Shown piece after piece: positions 55,791 through 64,000 of a stretch of DNA of 64,000 bases. Position 1 is the stretch's first letter. The number at the start of each line of letters is the position of its first letter. Position numbers and translations under genes: made by a program. The stretch spans positions 1,600,001 to 1,664,000 of the forward strand of contig OZ242005.1 in NCBI GenBank assembly GCA_965204725.1, in the 5' to 3' direction. This DNA is from Candidatus Latescibacterota bacterium. GTDB lineage: Bacteria > Latescibacterota > UBA2968 > UBA8231. A model generated the notes under the pieces. That model saw only the letters and a program-made list of their open reading frames with translations. It searched no databases and was not told the DNA's origin.

Positions 55791-56525
55791 CTATTCTACG
55801 ATGTCTTCGTCCACGTCTGCGACCAAAGTGCCCGGGTCGTGGCCGCGGCAGATATGCAAGCTGGTTCCCTTGTCTGAAAAGTCGAAAAAGTGCATGGGCA
55901 TCTTGTGATCGCGGGCCAACAGGACGGAGGATTGATCGGCGATGGTGAGGTTTTCTTGGATGATCGTGTTGTAGTGCATTCGCCGGTACAGCCTCGCTTG
56001 GGGATCGGCGTGAGGATCGGCGGTAAAGATGCCGCTGACTTGGTTTTTTGCAAAAAGCAGGGCTTGGGACCGCGTCTCAATCGCGCGCTGGGCTGCCGTG
56101 TAGTCCGTGGTGACGTACGGATTGCCAATGCCGGCGGCAAAGATGACGATGTAGTGCTTCTCTAGGTGGTGAATCGCACGCAGCCGAATAAAAGGCTCGG
56201 CTATCGTGTTGATGGGAATAGCGCTCATCACCCGGACTTCGACATCGGATTTAGAGGTCAGGACCCCGCGCAGCATCAGGCTGTTGATCACCGTACCCAT
56301 CATGCCGATGTTGTCGGCCTCGGCCCGTTCAATGCCCCACTGACTGGCGAGCGTTCCGCGAAATACATTGCCGCCGCCAATGACGATGGATATTTCAACT
56401 CCACAGGTGTGCAAGCTGAGGATTTCGTCGGCAATGTGCTCTAGGGACTCGGGGTCGAAGCCCATGTCGTGCGGGCCGGAGACGGCCTCGCCGCTCAGCT
56501 TGAGCAAGGCTCGATTGTAGCGCAT
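55791..56525 (-). CDS. pyrH: UMP kinase
   Basis: LLKLSGEA, GGGNVFRG, DNIGMMGTVIN, GNPYVTTD. Confidence 0.9.
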   Translation of the reverse strand: MRYNRALLKLSGEAVSGPHDMGFDPESLEHIADEILSLHTCGVEISIVIGGGNVFRGTLASQWGIERAEADNIGMMGTVINSLMLRGVLTSKSDVEVRVMSAIPINTIAEPFIRLRAIHHLEKHYIVIFAAGIGNPYVTTDYTAAQRAIETRSQALLFAKNQVSGIFTADPHADPQARLYRRMHYNTIIQENLTIADQSSVLLARDHKMPMHFFDFSDKGTSLHICRGHDPGTLVADVDEDIVE

Positions 56526-56530
56526 GGCGG

Positions 56531-57958
56531 TCAGAGCAGCCGTCCCTTTTCAAGGGTGCGGGCGGCTGGATGGCGCTCGGCCAATTCTTCTACCCGACCG
56601 ACGAAAAGCTCGACTTGCTGGGTGGCCGCGCCCGTGAGGCCGCGACTGCGGGCGATGGTCGCGTCCACCTCCTCCTCGCTAAGCGGGAAGCGCGGGTCGG
56701 CACCCAAGCGACGCGCCAAATCACTGGTGCTCCGGCCCTGTTCGCGCATGTCGATAGCCGCGGCGAGGGCATGCTCTCTCAGGGCGGTGTGGGCTTGTTC
56801 GCGCCCGGCCCCGCGCTGGATGGCTTCCATCAGCAGCGTCGTGGTGGCGAGGAAGGGCAGGTAGCGGTCGAGATCGCGGGCAATGACCGCTTCATAGATG
56901 CCCATGTCGTCGAGGATGTGGAGCGTGGTTTCGAGCATGCCGTCCAAGGCGAAGAATCCATCGGGGAGGGCCACGCGGCGCACTACCGAGCAGGAAACGT
57001 CCCCTTCAAACCACTGATCGCCGGCCAGCGCGCCCACCATGTGGACATAGCCGCCGAGGACGACCTGCAACCCATTGACCCGCTCGCTGCTGCGGGCGTT
57101 CATTTTGTGCGGCATGGCCGAGGAGCCGACTTGGCCGGGGGCAAAGCCCTCGGTGAGCGCGTCGTGACCGGCCATCAGGCGGATCGCCCGGGCCAGATTG
57201 GCCATGCCGGCCCCGAGCTGGTAGAGGCAACTGAGCACCTCAAAGTCGAGGCTGCGCGGATAAATCTGGCCGACGGCGGCTAGCTCGCGTTGGAAGCCGA
57301 GGTGGTGCCGGACGCGGCTTTGGAGTTGGTCGAGCTGGTCGGCGTCGCCGGCGAGTAGGGTTAGCTGATCGACGGCCGTGCCGACTGCGCCCTTTAGGCC
57401 CCGCAGGGGATAGCGCTGGACGAGCTCGTCGAGGCGGTCCAAAGCGACCAGCATTTCTTGGCCGAACATGGCGAGGCGCTTGCCGAGCGTGGTGGGTTGC
57501 GCGGCCGCGTAGTGGGTGCGGCCGGCGACCGCGAGCTTCTGCCATTGCCGGGCACGTTGGCTTAGGCGCAGGAGGACTGCCACGTACTTGACCTGTATTT
57601 GCTGCAAGGAGCGGAGAATTTGGTATTGCTCGACGTTGTCGGTCAGGTCGCGGCTGGTCATCCCCTTGTGAATGTGCTCGCACCCAGCCAAGTTGCAAAA
57701 CTCTTCGATGCGCGCCTTGACATCGTGCCGCAAAACAGCTTCGCGGCGCGCAATGGATTCGAGGTCCACTTGGTCCTTGACGCGCTCGTAGGCGCTTATG
57801 GCCGCGGCGGGCACTTCGAGGTTTAGGTCGAGCTGTGCTTTGAGGATGGCGATCCACAGGTCGCGCTCGAGGACGATGCGACCGCGTTCAGACCACAGAT
57901 CTTGGATCGCTTGGCTGGCGTAGCGTTGGGCGAGGACATTGGCAATAGCGGTAGGCAT
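56531..57958 (-). CDS. purB: adenylosuccinate lyase
   Basis: RYAS, HKGMTSRD, GRTH, GSSAMPHKMN. Confidence 0.93.
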   Translation of the reverse strand: MPTAIANVLAQRYASQAIQDLWSERGRIVLERDLWIAILKAQLDLNLEVPAAAISAYERVKDQVDLESIARREAVLRHDVKARIEEFCNLAGCEHIHKGMTSRDLTDNVEQYQILRSLQQIQVKYVAVLLRLSQRARQWQKLAVAGRTHYAAAQPTTLGKRLAMFGQEMLVALDRLDELVQRYPLRGLKGAVGTAVDQLTLLAGDADQLDQLQSRVRHHLGFQRELAAVGQIYPRSLDFEVLSCLYQLGAGMANLARAIRLMAGHDALTEGFAPGQVGSSAMPHKMNARSSERVNGLQVVLGGYVHMVGALAGDQWFEGDVSCSVVRRVALPDGFFALDGMLETTLHILDDMGIYEAVIARDLDRYLPFLATTTLLMEAIQRGAGREQAHTALREHALAAAIDMREQGRSTSDLARRLGADPRFPLSEEEVDATIARSRGLTGAATQQVELFVGRVEELAERHPAARTLEKGRLL

Positions 57959-58005
57959 GACGTGATTTATCATAAGCATTGGGCAGGATCAATGCCAACG
58001 GCGCG

Positions 58006-59484
58006 TCAAATCAGCCCTAGCCCCCGCCAATAGAGCAGGTTGAGCGGGCAGAGCAAGACCAAGGAGGCCGTGGAGATGAGGCCCTGAGCGAGCACGAGTT
58101 GCTGCATGGACAGTTGCCGAAAACCATAGGCCACCATGAAAGGGGCCGACTGGTAAGGCAAAAAGGCCAAGGTCGTGGCCATGGCTACGCTGAAGGCCGC
58201 CGGCAGCGGCGCGATCCCGTGCTGAGCACCCAACTCCATCAGGGGAATGGTCGCCACCGCGGCCACCGCAGCCACATCCATCAGGAAGTCGAGCGGCAGG
58301 GCTACCAAACAAAGCGACAGGTGCTTGCCCAACCAGCCGTATTCCGCCAACGCCCAATACTCGCCAAAGGACGCGATGAACAGACGGTTAAAGCCAGCCG
58401 CGTTGAGGGCATGGCCCAACGCGAGCAGCGCGACGATGTAAGCCAAGAGCGCGAAACGGATCTGGCCTAAGTCGGCAACGCGGAGCGGCCCCCAGCGCGG
58501 CCAGAGGAACAACCCCACGAGGCCCAAGCCAACATAGACGGGTTGGATGTGGTGCAACAGGTCTGTGGCCCACAAGCCCACGCCCGCGAGGAGCATGTAC
58601 AGGGTGCGCCGCTGGACGCGGGTTAGCGGCGTACTTTTCGGGGAAGGGGTCCACTCCATGCCATGGCCGTTGAGGTGCCGGCCGAAAAGCAGCCAGATCG
58701 CCCCGAGCGATACCAAGGTTCGCAACAAGCCGATGACCGGAAACATCCAATACAGCCAAGTGGCCCAAAAGAGGGGTGCGCCTTGGATTTTTTCGTATTG
58801 ACCGGCCAAGACCAAGTTGGGCACAGAGCCGGTCAAAAGGCCACACCCGCCAAAATACGTGCTGCAAACCAAGGAGAGCAGGACCGCGGCCTGCAGATGC
58901 GACGAGGGGCGACCGCGCAGGCGGCCGACGAGGGCCATGCCCAGCGGCATCAAGAACAGGACGCGGATGACCCCGGATGGAATGAGGAAGGCCATCCCCA
59001 GCCCGAGCAGGTGTAGTTGGCAGAGCAGGAAAAAGGGCCGTTGCGACAGCCGGGCCTGAAGCCAAGCCGCCAGCGCGTCGCCGAGGCCCGTTTTGGCCAC
59101 CCCGAGGCTCAGGGCCATGCCGGCGAGGACCAGCCAGACTGTCTGGGAGCCGAAAGGAGCTAGGCTCTGCTCGAAACTCAGCAGGCCAACAGCCGGGATC
59201 AGGACGAGCACGCCGACCGAACTCAGCGCGATAGGGATGGGTTCAGTAGTCCAAAAAAACAGCGCGAAAAGGGCGATGCCGAGGGCGTTTTGCACCGGGC
59301 TGGGCAGCGCGGCCCACGGAGCGGCTAAGCCCAAGAGAAGGGCCGCGCTGCCCAAGAGCAAGCCCACCCATTGTTTGGGCGCTAATTGGGGTTGGGTCAG
59401 AGCGAATCGGCGGGACAAGGGACCTTGAGGGGCTTGGGATAGACCACAAAACTTACTACACGACACCAGCCTCCCGCCTTCCAA
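58006..59484 (-). CDS. SLC13/DASS family anion transporter (true start probably near 59400)
   Basis: WTTEPIP, FLIPS..R, LTGSVPNLV motifs; the ORF-track start lies inside a MITE. Confidence 0.8.
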   Translation of the reverse strand: MEGGRLVSCSKFCGLSQAPQGPLSRRFALTQPQLAPKQWVGLLLGSAALLLGLAAPWAALPSPVQNALGIALFALFFWTTEPIPIALSSVGVLVLIPAVGLLSFEQSLAPFGSQTVWLVLAGMALSLGVAKTGLGDALAAWLQARLSQRPFFLLCQLHLLGLGMAFLIPSGVIRVLFLMPLGMALVGRLRGRPSSHLQAAVLLSLVCSTYFGGCGLLTGSVPNLVLAGQYEKIQGAPLFWATWLYWMFPVIGLLRTLVSLGAIWLLFGRHLNGHGMEWTPSPKSTPLTRVQRRTLYMLLAGVGLWATDLLHHIQPVYVGLGLVGLFLWPRWGPLRVADLGQIRFALLAYIVALLALGHALNAAGFNRLFIASFGEYWALAEYGWLGKHLSLCLVALPLDFLMDVAAVAAVATIPLMELGAQHGIAPLPAAFSVAMATTLAFLPYQSAPFMVAYGFRQLSMQQLVLAQGLISTASLVLLCPLNLLYWRGLGLI

Positions 59485-59586
59485 GGATCGAGGGCATCTT
59501 GCCCTCGTCGAGGGCGGGACGCCCTCGATCCCGGACGCAGCGGGAATACCAGAAAAGGCATACGCAAAGTAGGTGTCGCGTACTTA
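59453..59586 (-). mobile_element. family A MITE-like element, complete
   Basis: TTA-CTACACGACACC...GGTGTCGCGTAC-TTA; core identical to the 53333 copy. Confidence 0.8.
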
Positions 59587-59666
59587 GGCACAAAATAAAA
59601 AAGGCTTGGATTTTGCAAAGAGCGGCCCCAGCCTATTATTGTGCATAGCATAGAGGATACGTGCCA

Positions 59667-61100
59667 ATGGCTCAACTAAAGTCAATCCGCCTGCGCTTAG
59701 ACAAGCCTTTGACCGGGCCGTACGATCGGCTTTTGCGCCGCCCCGGCCCCGAAGTCGCCGCGTTGGTCGCCGGCCAAACCTTGGCGATTATTCGCGGTAC
59801 GCGGCTTTTGCAAGCCATGCCGCTATGGGAAAGCGCGGTCGCGTGTTATCGCCCCCGAGGGCAGTGGAGCAGCGAGTGGGTGCCGGAAGAGTTTAGCAAC
59901 CCCGAGCAAGCCGCGGGCTGGGCCGAGAAGGAGCGGGTGGATTCGCTGGCCGTGCCGGCGGGCTACTTCAAGCTGCCCAATGCCGCTTGGGTCAGCGCGC
60001 TGGCCGCCGAACTGACGCCGTGGACAGCCCAAGCGGTCGAAGCATGGCGGGGGGGGATCAAGGGGGGGGCCATCTGGCTGACGGTGCTGAAGGTGTACCG
60101 CTGTGCGCCCGTCCAACCGAAATTCTTGCAGCAAACCGACTCGTACCTGCGCGTTAGGCCCTTGGAGGTGAGGCCGTTGCAGCCCGTCGTTTTAGAAAGC
60201 GAGTTTGAGCAGCGCATGGAGCAGATACAAGAGGCCGTAGAGCGGCATGCGCGCGGCCGCACCCGGGCGAGCGCCCGCTACGACGCCCAGACATTCACCG
60301 CGGAGACTGGCTACAGCGCCGACCAGCTCACCGACTGGGTTGCCCAATGGCGGCGCAAGCAGCAACTCATCCTATACGGCCCGCCCGGCACGGGCAAAAC
60401 GTACTTGGCCGAGCGGTTGGCGCGCTATCTGGTGGATGGCGGCGGTTTTAGCCAACTCGTGCAATTCCACGCCTCGTACGCGTATGAGGATTTTGTCCAA
60501 GGGATTCGGCCGCAGGCAGTAGAGGGCGCATTGCACTACGAATTGGCCGCCGGGCACTTTCTGCGGTTTTGCACCAAGGCGCGCCAAGCCGGCGAAAAGC
60601 CCTGCGTGCTGATCATCGACGAAGTCAATCGCGCAAACCTCGCGCGCGTTTTCGGCGAGCTAATGTACCTCTTGGAATATCGCCATCGCCCGATCGCGTT
60701 GGCCGGTGGCGGCTCTGAGTTTTCGATTCCCGCCAACGTCTATCTCATCGGCACCATGAACACGGCCGACCGGTCGATTGCCTTGGTTGACCAAGCCCTG
60801 CGGCGGCGATTCAGTTTTATCCGCTTGCGGCCCAACTATTCGTTGTTGGCCAAGTATCTAGAGGACAAAGGCGTTTCCCCACAGCCGCTGGTCGCGCTCT
60901 TAAAAGAAGTAAATCAAGCCATTGGGGATGAGGACTGCGCGTTGGGCCTTTCTTTTTTTATGGTCGATGATATTGCCACGGCACTGGCATATATTTGGCA
61001 AGGCGAGGTCGAGCCGTATCTGGAGGAGGTGTTTTTCGATCGCCCGGACCAGATGGCGCGCTTTCGCTGGTCCAAGGTCGCCGGGCGTTTGCAGGGGTAA
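59667..61100 (+). CDS. mcrB: McrB-family AAA+ GTPase with non-canonical N-terminal domain
   Basis: GPPGTGKT, QFHASYAYEDFVQG, IIDEVNRANLARVFGE, GTMNTADRS, ALRRRF. Confidence 0.92.
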   Translation: MAQLKSIRLRLDKPLTGPYDRLLRRPGPEVAALVAGQTLAIIRGTRLLQAMPLWESAVACYRPRGQWSSEWVPEEFSNPEQAAGWAEKERVDSLAVPAGYFKLPNAAWVSALAAELTPWTAQAVEAWRGGIKGGAIWLTVLKVYRCAPVQPKFLQQTDSYLRVRPLEVRPLQPVVLESEFEQRMEQIQEAVERHARGRTRASARYDAQTFTAETGYSADQLTDWVAQWRRKQQLILYGPPGTGKTYLAERLARYLVDGGGFSQLVQFHASYAYEDFVQGIRPQAVEGALHYELAAGHFLRFCTKARQAGEKPCVLIIDEVNRANLARVFGELMYLLEYRHRPIALAGGGSEFSIPANVYLIGTMNTADRSIALVDQALRRRFSFIRLRPNYSLLAKYLEDKGVSPQPLVALLKEVNQAIGDEDCALGLSFFMVDDIATALAYIWQGEVEPYLEEVFFDRPDQMARFRWSKVAGRLQG

Positions 61101-61108
61101 GGGTAGGG

Positions 61109-62269
61109 GTGCGACGCTACGAGCTGATCGAAGAGGAAGTCGCGGCGATTCCAGCGGCCGAGCTGGCGGTCGAACAGGCCCTCCACCTGCACGCCCAATA
61201 TCCAAAAGAACTGGAATTCGGCTTCCCCAGTCCGCTCAATGGCCAGTGTTATCAACTCCGGTCGCGGGGCTATGTCGGCGTGGTGCCCTTGGGCGCGGAT
61301 GCGGCCTTGGAAATCAATCCCAAAATACGCTGCTCGCTGCTCATGCCCATGCTGGAGTATGCCTATCAGTTGCCCAAGATCAGCGCCCACAAGGCCCCGG
61401 CCACTATGGGGGATATCTACGAGTTTTGGGCCGAGGTCCTCGCGCGCAAGGTCTTGCAACGGGTGCGGCGCGGGCTGTTTTGGGATTACCAAACCCGCGA
61501 AGGGTTGAGCCGGTGGGTGCGGGGGCGCGTGTACCCCGAGCGGAGTGGGCTGGGGGTACATCCCTACTGTCGGTTTGCCGAGCACACGCCTGATATTCTC
61601 GACAACCGCATCTTGGCCAGTGCCCTGCACGGCCTGAGACGCTTTGCCTTTCGCCGCGAAAGCATTCGACAGATGGTAGGCCGAGCTTGGGGGGCACTGA
61701 GCGAGCTCAATTACCGCTCCATTCGCCCGGCCGATTGCCTCGGCGTACCGTACCACCGGCTAAACGAGGACTACCGTTCCATGCATGCGCTGTGCTATCC
61801 CTTGCTCCAACAGCGGAGTCCGGCTTGGGGACTAGGGGCCGAGGAAGGGCCGGCGTATCTGCTGCACATGCCGAGCTTGTTCGAGCGGTTTTGCACGGCG
61901 TTTATCGACCACAAGCTCAAGCACCAGATCGAACTAAAAGCCCAGTATCACACGCGACTCAAGGGAACAAAGCGGCTTTCCTTTCGCTTGGACATGGCTC
62001 TGTTTTCAGCGGCCACCGGGCAGCCGCTGGCGGTCATTGATGCCAAGTACAAGGCCGATGGTCCAATAGAAAGCGATGTGCAGCAGGTGGTTGCCTACGC
62101 GGTGCAACTCGGTACGCACCGGGCCTTTTTGCTCTATCCGAGCAGCGATATGGACGAGCAATTCGAGGTCGGCCCGGTGGCCGTGCAGATGCTGGGGTTC
62201 AATTTTGCAGCGGACGATCTAGAGGAGGCGGGCCGGGCCGTGATCTGCAAGGTAGAAGATGTCCTATAA
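61109..62269 (+). CDS. mcrC: McrC-family PD-(D/E)xK endonuclease
   Basis: GYVGVV, EINPKI, YHRLNEDYR, MPSLFERF, RLD...VIDAKYK, DVQQVVAYA; 8 bp after mcrB. Confidence 0.88.
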   Translation: MRRYELIEEEVAAIPAAELAVEQALHLHAQYPKELEFGFPSPLNGQCYQLRSRGYVGVVPLGADAALEINPKIRCSLLMPMLEYAYQLPKISAHKAPATMGDIYEFWAEVLARKVLQRVRRGLFWDYQTREGLSRWVRGRVYPERSGLGVHPYCRFAEHTPDILDNRILASALHGLRRFAFRRESIRQMVGRAWGALSELNYRSIRPADCLGVPYHRLNEDYRSMHALCYPLLQQRSPAWGLGAEEGPAYLLHMPSLFERFCTAFIDHKLKHQIELKAQYHTRLKGTKRLSFRLDMALFSAATGQPLAVIDAKYKADGPIESDVQQVVAYAVQLGTHRAFLLYPSSDMDEQFEVGPVAVQMLGFNFAADDLEEAGRAVICKVEDVL

Positions 62270-62298
62270 AGATAGTTATGTAAATAGGAAAAGCAAAA

Positions 62299-62348
62299 GC
62301 GTCTAAACGACATCGGCTGGATTCCCGCGTTCGTGGGAATGACGGATC
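62299..62348 (+). repeat. family B core fragment
   Basis: GCGTCTAAACGA..CGGCTGGATTCCCGCGTTCGTGGGAATGACGG shared with 24145-24218. Confidence 0.78.
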
Positions 62349-62350
62349 TT

Positions 62351-63604
62351 CTAAGACTCCACCAAAAACAAACTCAACCCATCCCAGTAGGTAATCACGA
62401 CCAAGCAAGCCAACAAAATGAGCAGAAAAGGCAGGGAAACGCGGTAGAGCCGATGGACGGGCTGTTCAAAGCGGATGCTGGCAATGAAGAGGTTGAGGCC
62501 AACCGGCGGCGTTGAGTAGCCGATTTCCAAGTTGGTTAAAAAAATGATCCCGAGGTGAATGGGGTGAACATCGTATGCGGCGGCGATGGGCAAAATTAGG
62601 GGCACGACGATGAGGAGGGCCGAGAACATGTCGATCATACAGCCAACCGCTAGCAAGAATACATTGAGGAGAATCAAGAAGAGCAGGCGGCTGCTGATGT
62701 GCGTCTCGATATAGGCGAGTAAGCGCGTTGGAATTTCCGCATCGACGAGGTAATTGGTATAGGCCATGGCCGCGGCCAAGACGACGAAAATGCCGCCGAC
62801 GAGCACCATGCTGTCGCAGATGATTTTTGGCAACTGTCGGATGGCTATCTCGCGGCGGATTAGCACCGCCACCACCAAAGCGTACAGGGTGCTCAAGGCC
62901 GCGGCCTCGCTGACGGCGATGATCCCCCCGTAGATCCCCCCGAAAATCACCACCGGCAAAAGAAGCTCCCAACTACAAGCGACAAAGGCCGGCGGCACTT
63001 GACGCCACCCGGTGGGGTGCTCGGGTGCGGCACAACGCCGACCTTGGAACAAGCTGTAGCAAGACAGGGCGCCGACCAAGAGCAAGCCGGGGGCGATGCC
63101 GGCGATAAAAAGCTGATCGACGGGCGTTTCGGATACGATGCCGTAGATGATCAGCGGCAAGCTCGGCGGAAAGAGCAAGCCCAAGCTGCCCGAGGTGGTG
63201 ATCAGCCCGAGCGAAAACGAATCGGGCAGGCGCTGTTGTCGCAGAGCGGGCAACAGCAATCCACCGAGCGCGACAATCGTCATGCCCGAAGCGCCGGTCA
63301 AAGCCGTGAAGAGGGCGCAGACGACAATGGCCATGATGGCCAGCCCCCCGGGCAGCCAGCCGAGCAAGGCTTGAGAGAAGCGCACGAGCCGGGCTGGTGC
63401 CCCGCTTTCGGCGAGGAGGAACCCCGTGAGGGCGAAAAGCGGGATAGCCGTTAAGGTGGGCGTTTCGGCTATCCGGTACATCTCGATGAAAACGACGGTT
63501 AAATCGACTTCGGCGAGGGAAAAGTGCAAAAGGGCCATCGCGCTGATGACCACAAAGAGCGGGACCCCGGCGAGGGCGGCGAGGGCGGCGAGGAGGCTGC
63601 TCAC
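62351..63604 (-). CDS. dctM: TRAP transporter large permease
   Basis: AIPLF, GSLGLLFPPS, NLEIGYSTPPVGLNLF; GTG start overlapping the dctQ stop. Confidence 0.92.
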   Translation of the reverse strand: MSSLLAALAALAGVPLFVVISAMALLHFSLAEVDLTVVFIEMYRIAETPTLTAIPLFALTGFLLAESGAPARLVRFSQALLGWLPGGLAIMAIVVCALFTALTGASGMTIVALGGLLLPALRQQRLPDSFSLGLITTSGSLGLLFPPSLPLIIYGIVSETPVDQLFIAGIAPGLLLVGALSCYSLFQGRRCAAPEHPTGWRQVPPAFVACSWELLLPVVIFGGIYGGIIAVSEAAALSTLYALVVAVLIRREIAIRQLPKIICDSMVLVGGIFVVLAAAMAYTNYLVDAEIPTRLLAYIETHISSRLLFLILLNVFLLAVGCMIDMFSALLIVVPLILPIAAAYDVHPIHLGIIFLTNLEIGYSTPPVGLNLFIASIRFEQPVHRLYRVSLPFLLILLACLVVITYWDGLSLFLVES

Positions 63605-64000
63605 GGGTACTCGGTAGGGGCGCGGATGCGTCGCCCGCCCTGCAAGAGGAAGCGCACCCCCATCAGGCCAAAGGCGAGGGGAAAGCACAGTTGGGCCGTC
63701 CAAGCGGGAACGGCAAAGAAAGCCGTGGCGCCGAAGGCGCGCTCGTCGAGCACAAAGCCCCCGGCGATATAGGCTAGATAGGCGCAAAGCGCGGCGGCAA
63801 AAAGGTCCGCGCCACTCAAGACGATAGCTCGCACCCGGGCGGGCAGCAGGCGCAAGGCCGCGTCAATGCGGATGTGTTTGTCGAGCCGGGTGGCGACCAG
63901 AGCACCGGCTAGCCCAATCCACAACACGAGGTGCCGCACGAGGCTTTCGGTGCCCAAGAAGGTGATGGAGAACAGGTTGCGCATGAGAATCTGCCCGCAG
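63601..64000 (-). CDS. dctQ: TRAP transporter small permease, 5'-truncated by window edge
   Basis: LVLWIGLAGA..AT...KHIRID; adjacent to dctM. Confidence 0.88.
   Translation of the reverse strand, partial: CGQILMRNLFSITFLGTESLVRHLVLWIGLAGALVATRLDKHIRIDAALRLLPARVRAIVLSGADLFAAALCAYLAYIAGGFVLDERAFGATAFFAVPAWTAQLCFPLAFGLMGVRFLLQGGRRIRAPTEYP

Overview
GC-rich bacterial chromosomal window, densely coding (about 53 CDS and one tRNA-Asn). No CRISPR array, rRNA, integrase, transposase or prophage is visible. Gene content (PorV-like barrels, DUF6785/OPT-like membrane proteins, short SigA-type sigma factor, ankyrin lipoprotein) suggests an FCB-group candidate lineage such as Latescibacterota, possibly host-associated; this is inference only. 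Housekeeping genes include msrAB, korAB, hemE, ftsH, gdh, cysC, pyrH, purB and a TRAP transporter. Best leads: (1) a 9.8-kb operon of three very large coupled membrane proteins (DUF6785/OPT-like; degenerate M28-peptidase-FtsX fusion; OPT-like with a zinc finger, PDZ-like and DxDxDG inserts) with no ABC ATPase; (2) directly downstream, a J-domain/YbjN-CesT/PspA/Tat amine oxidase/SpeE/DUF4178/lipoprotein/DUF350 cluster; (3) an McrBC whose McrB carries a DUF1802-like N-terminal domain; (4) an ankyrin lipoprotein cassette bracketed by a ~135-bp duplication of the neighbouring gene's 3' end; (5) several enzyme homologues with altered catalytic motifs; (6) two families of MITE-like palindromic repeats. 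All family assignments come from recognising motifs by eye; no database search was run.
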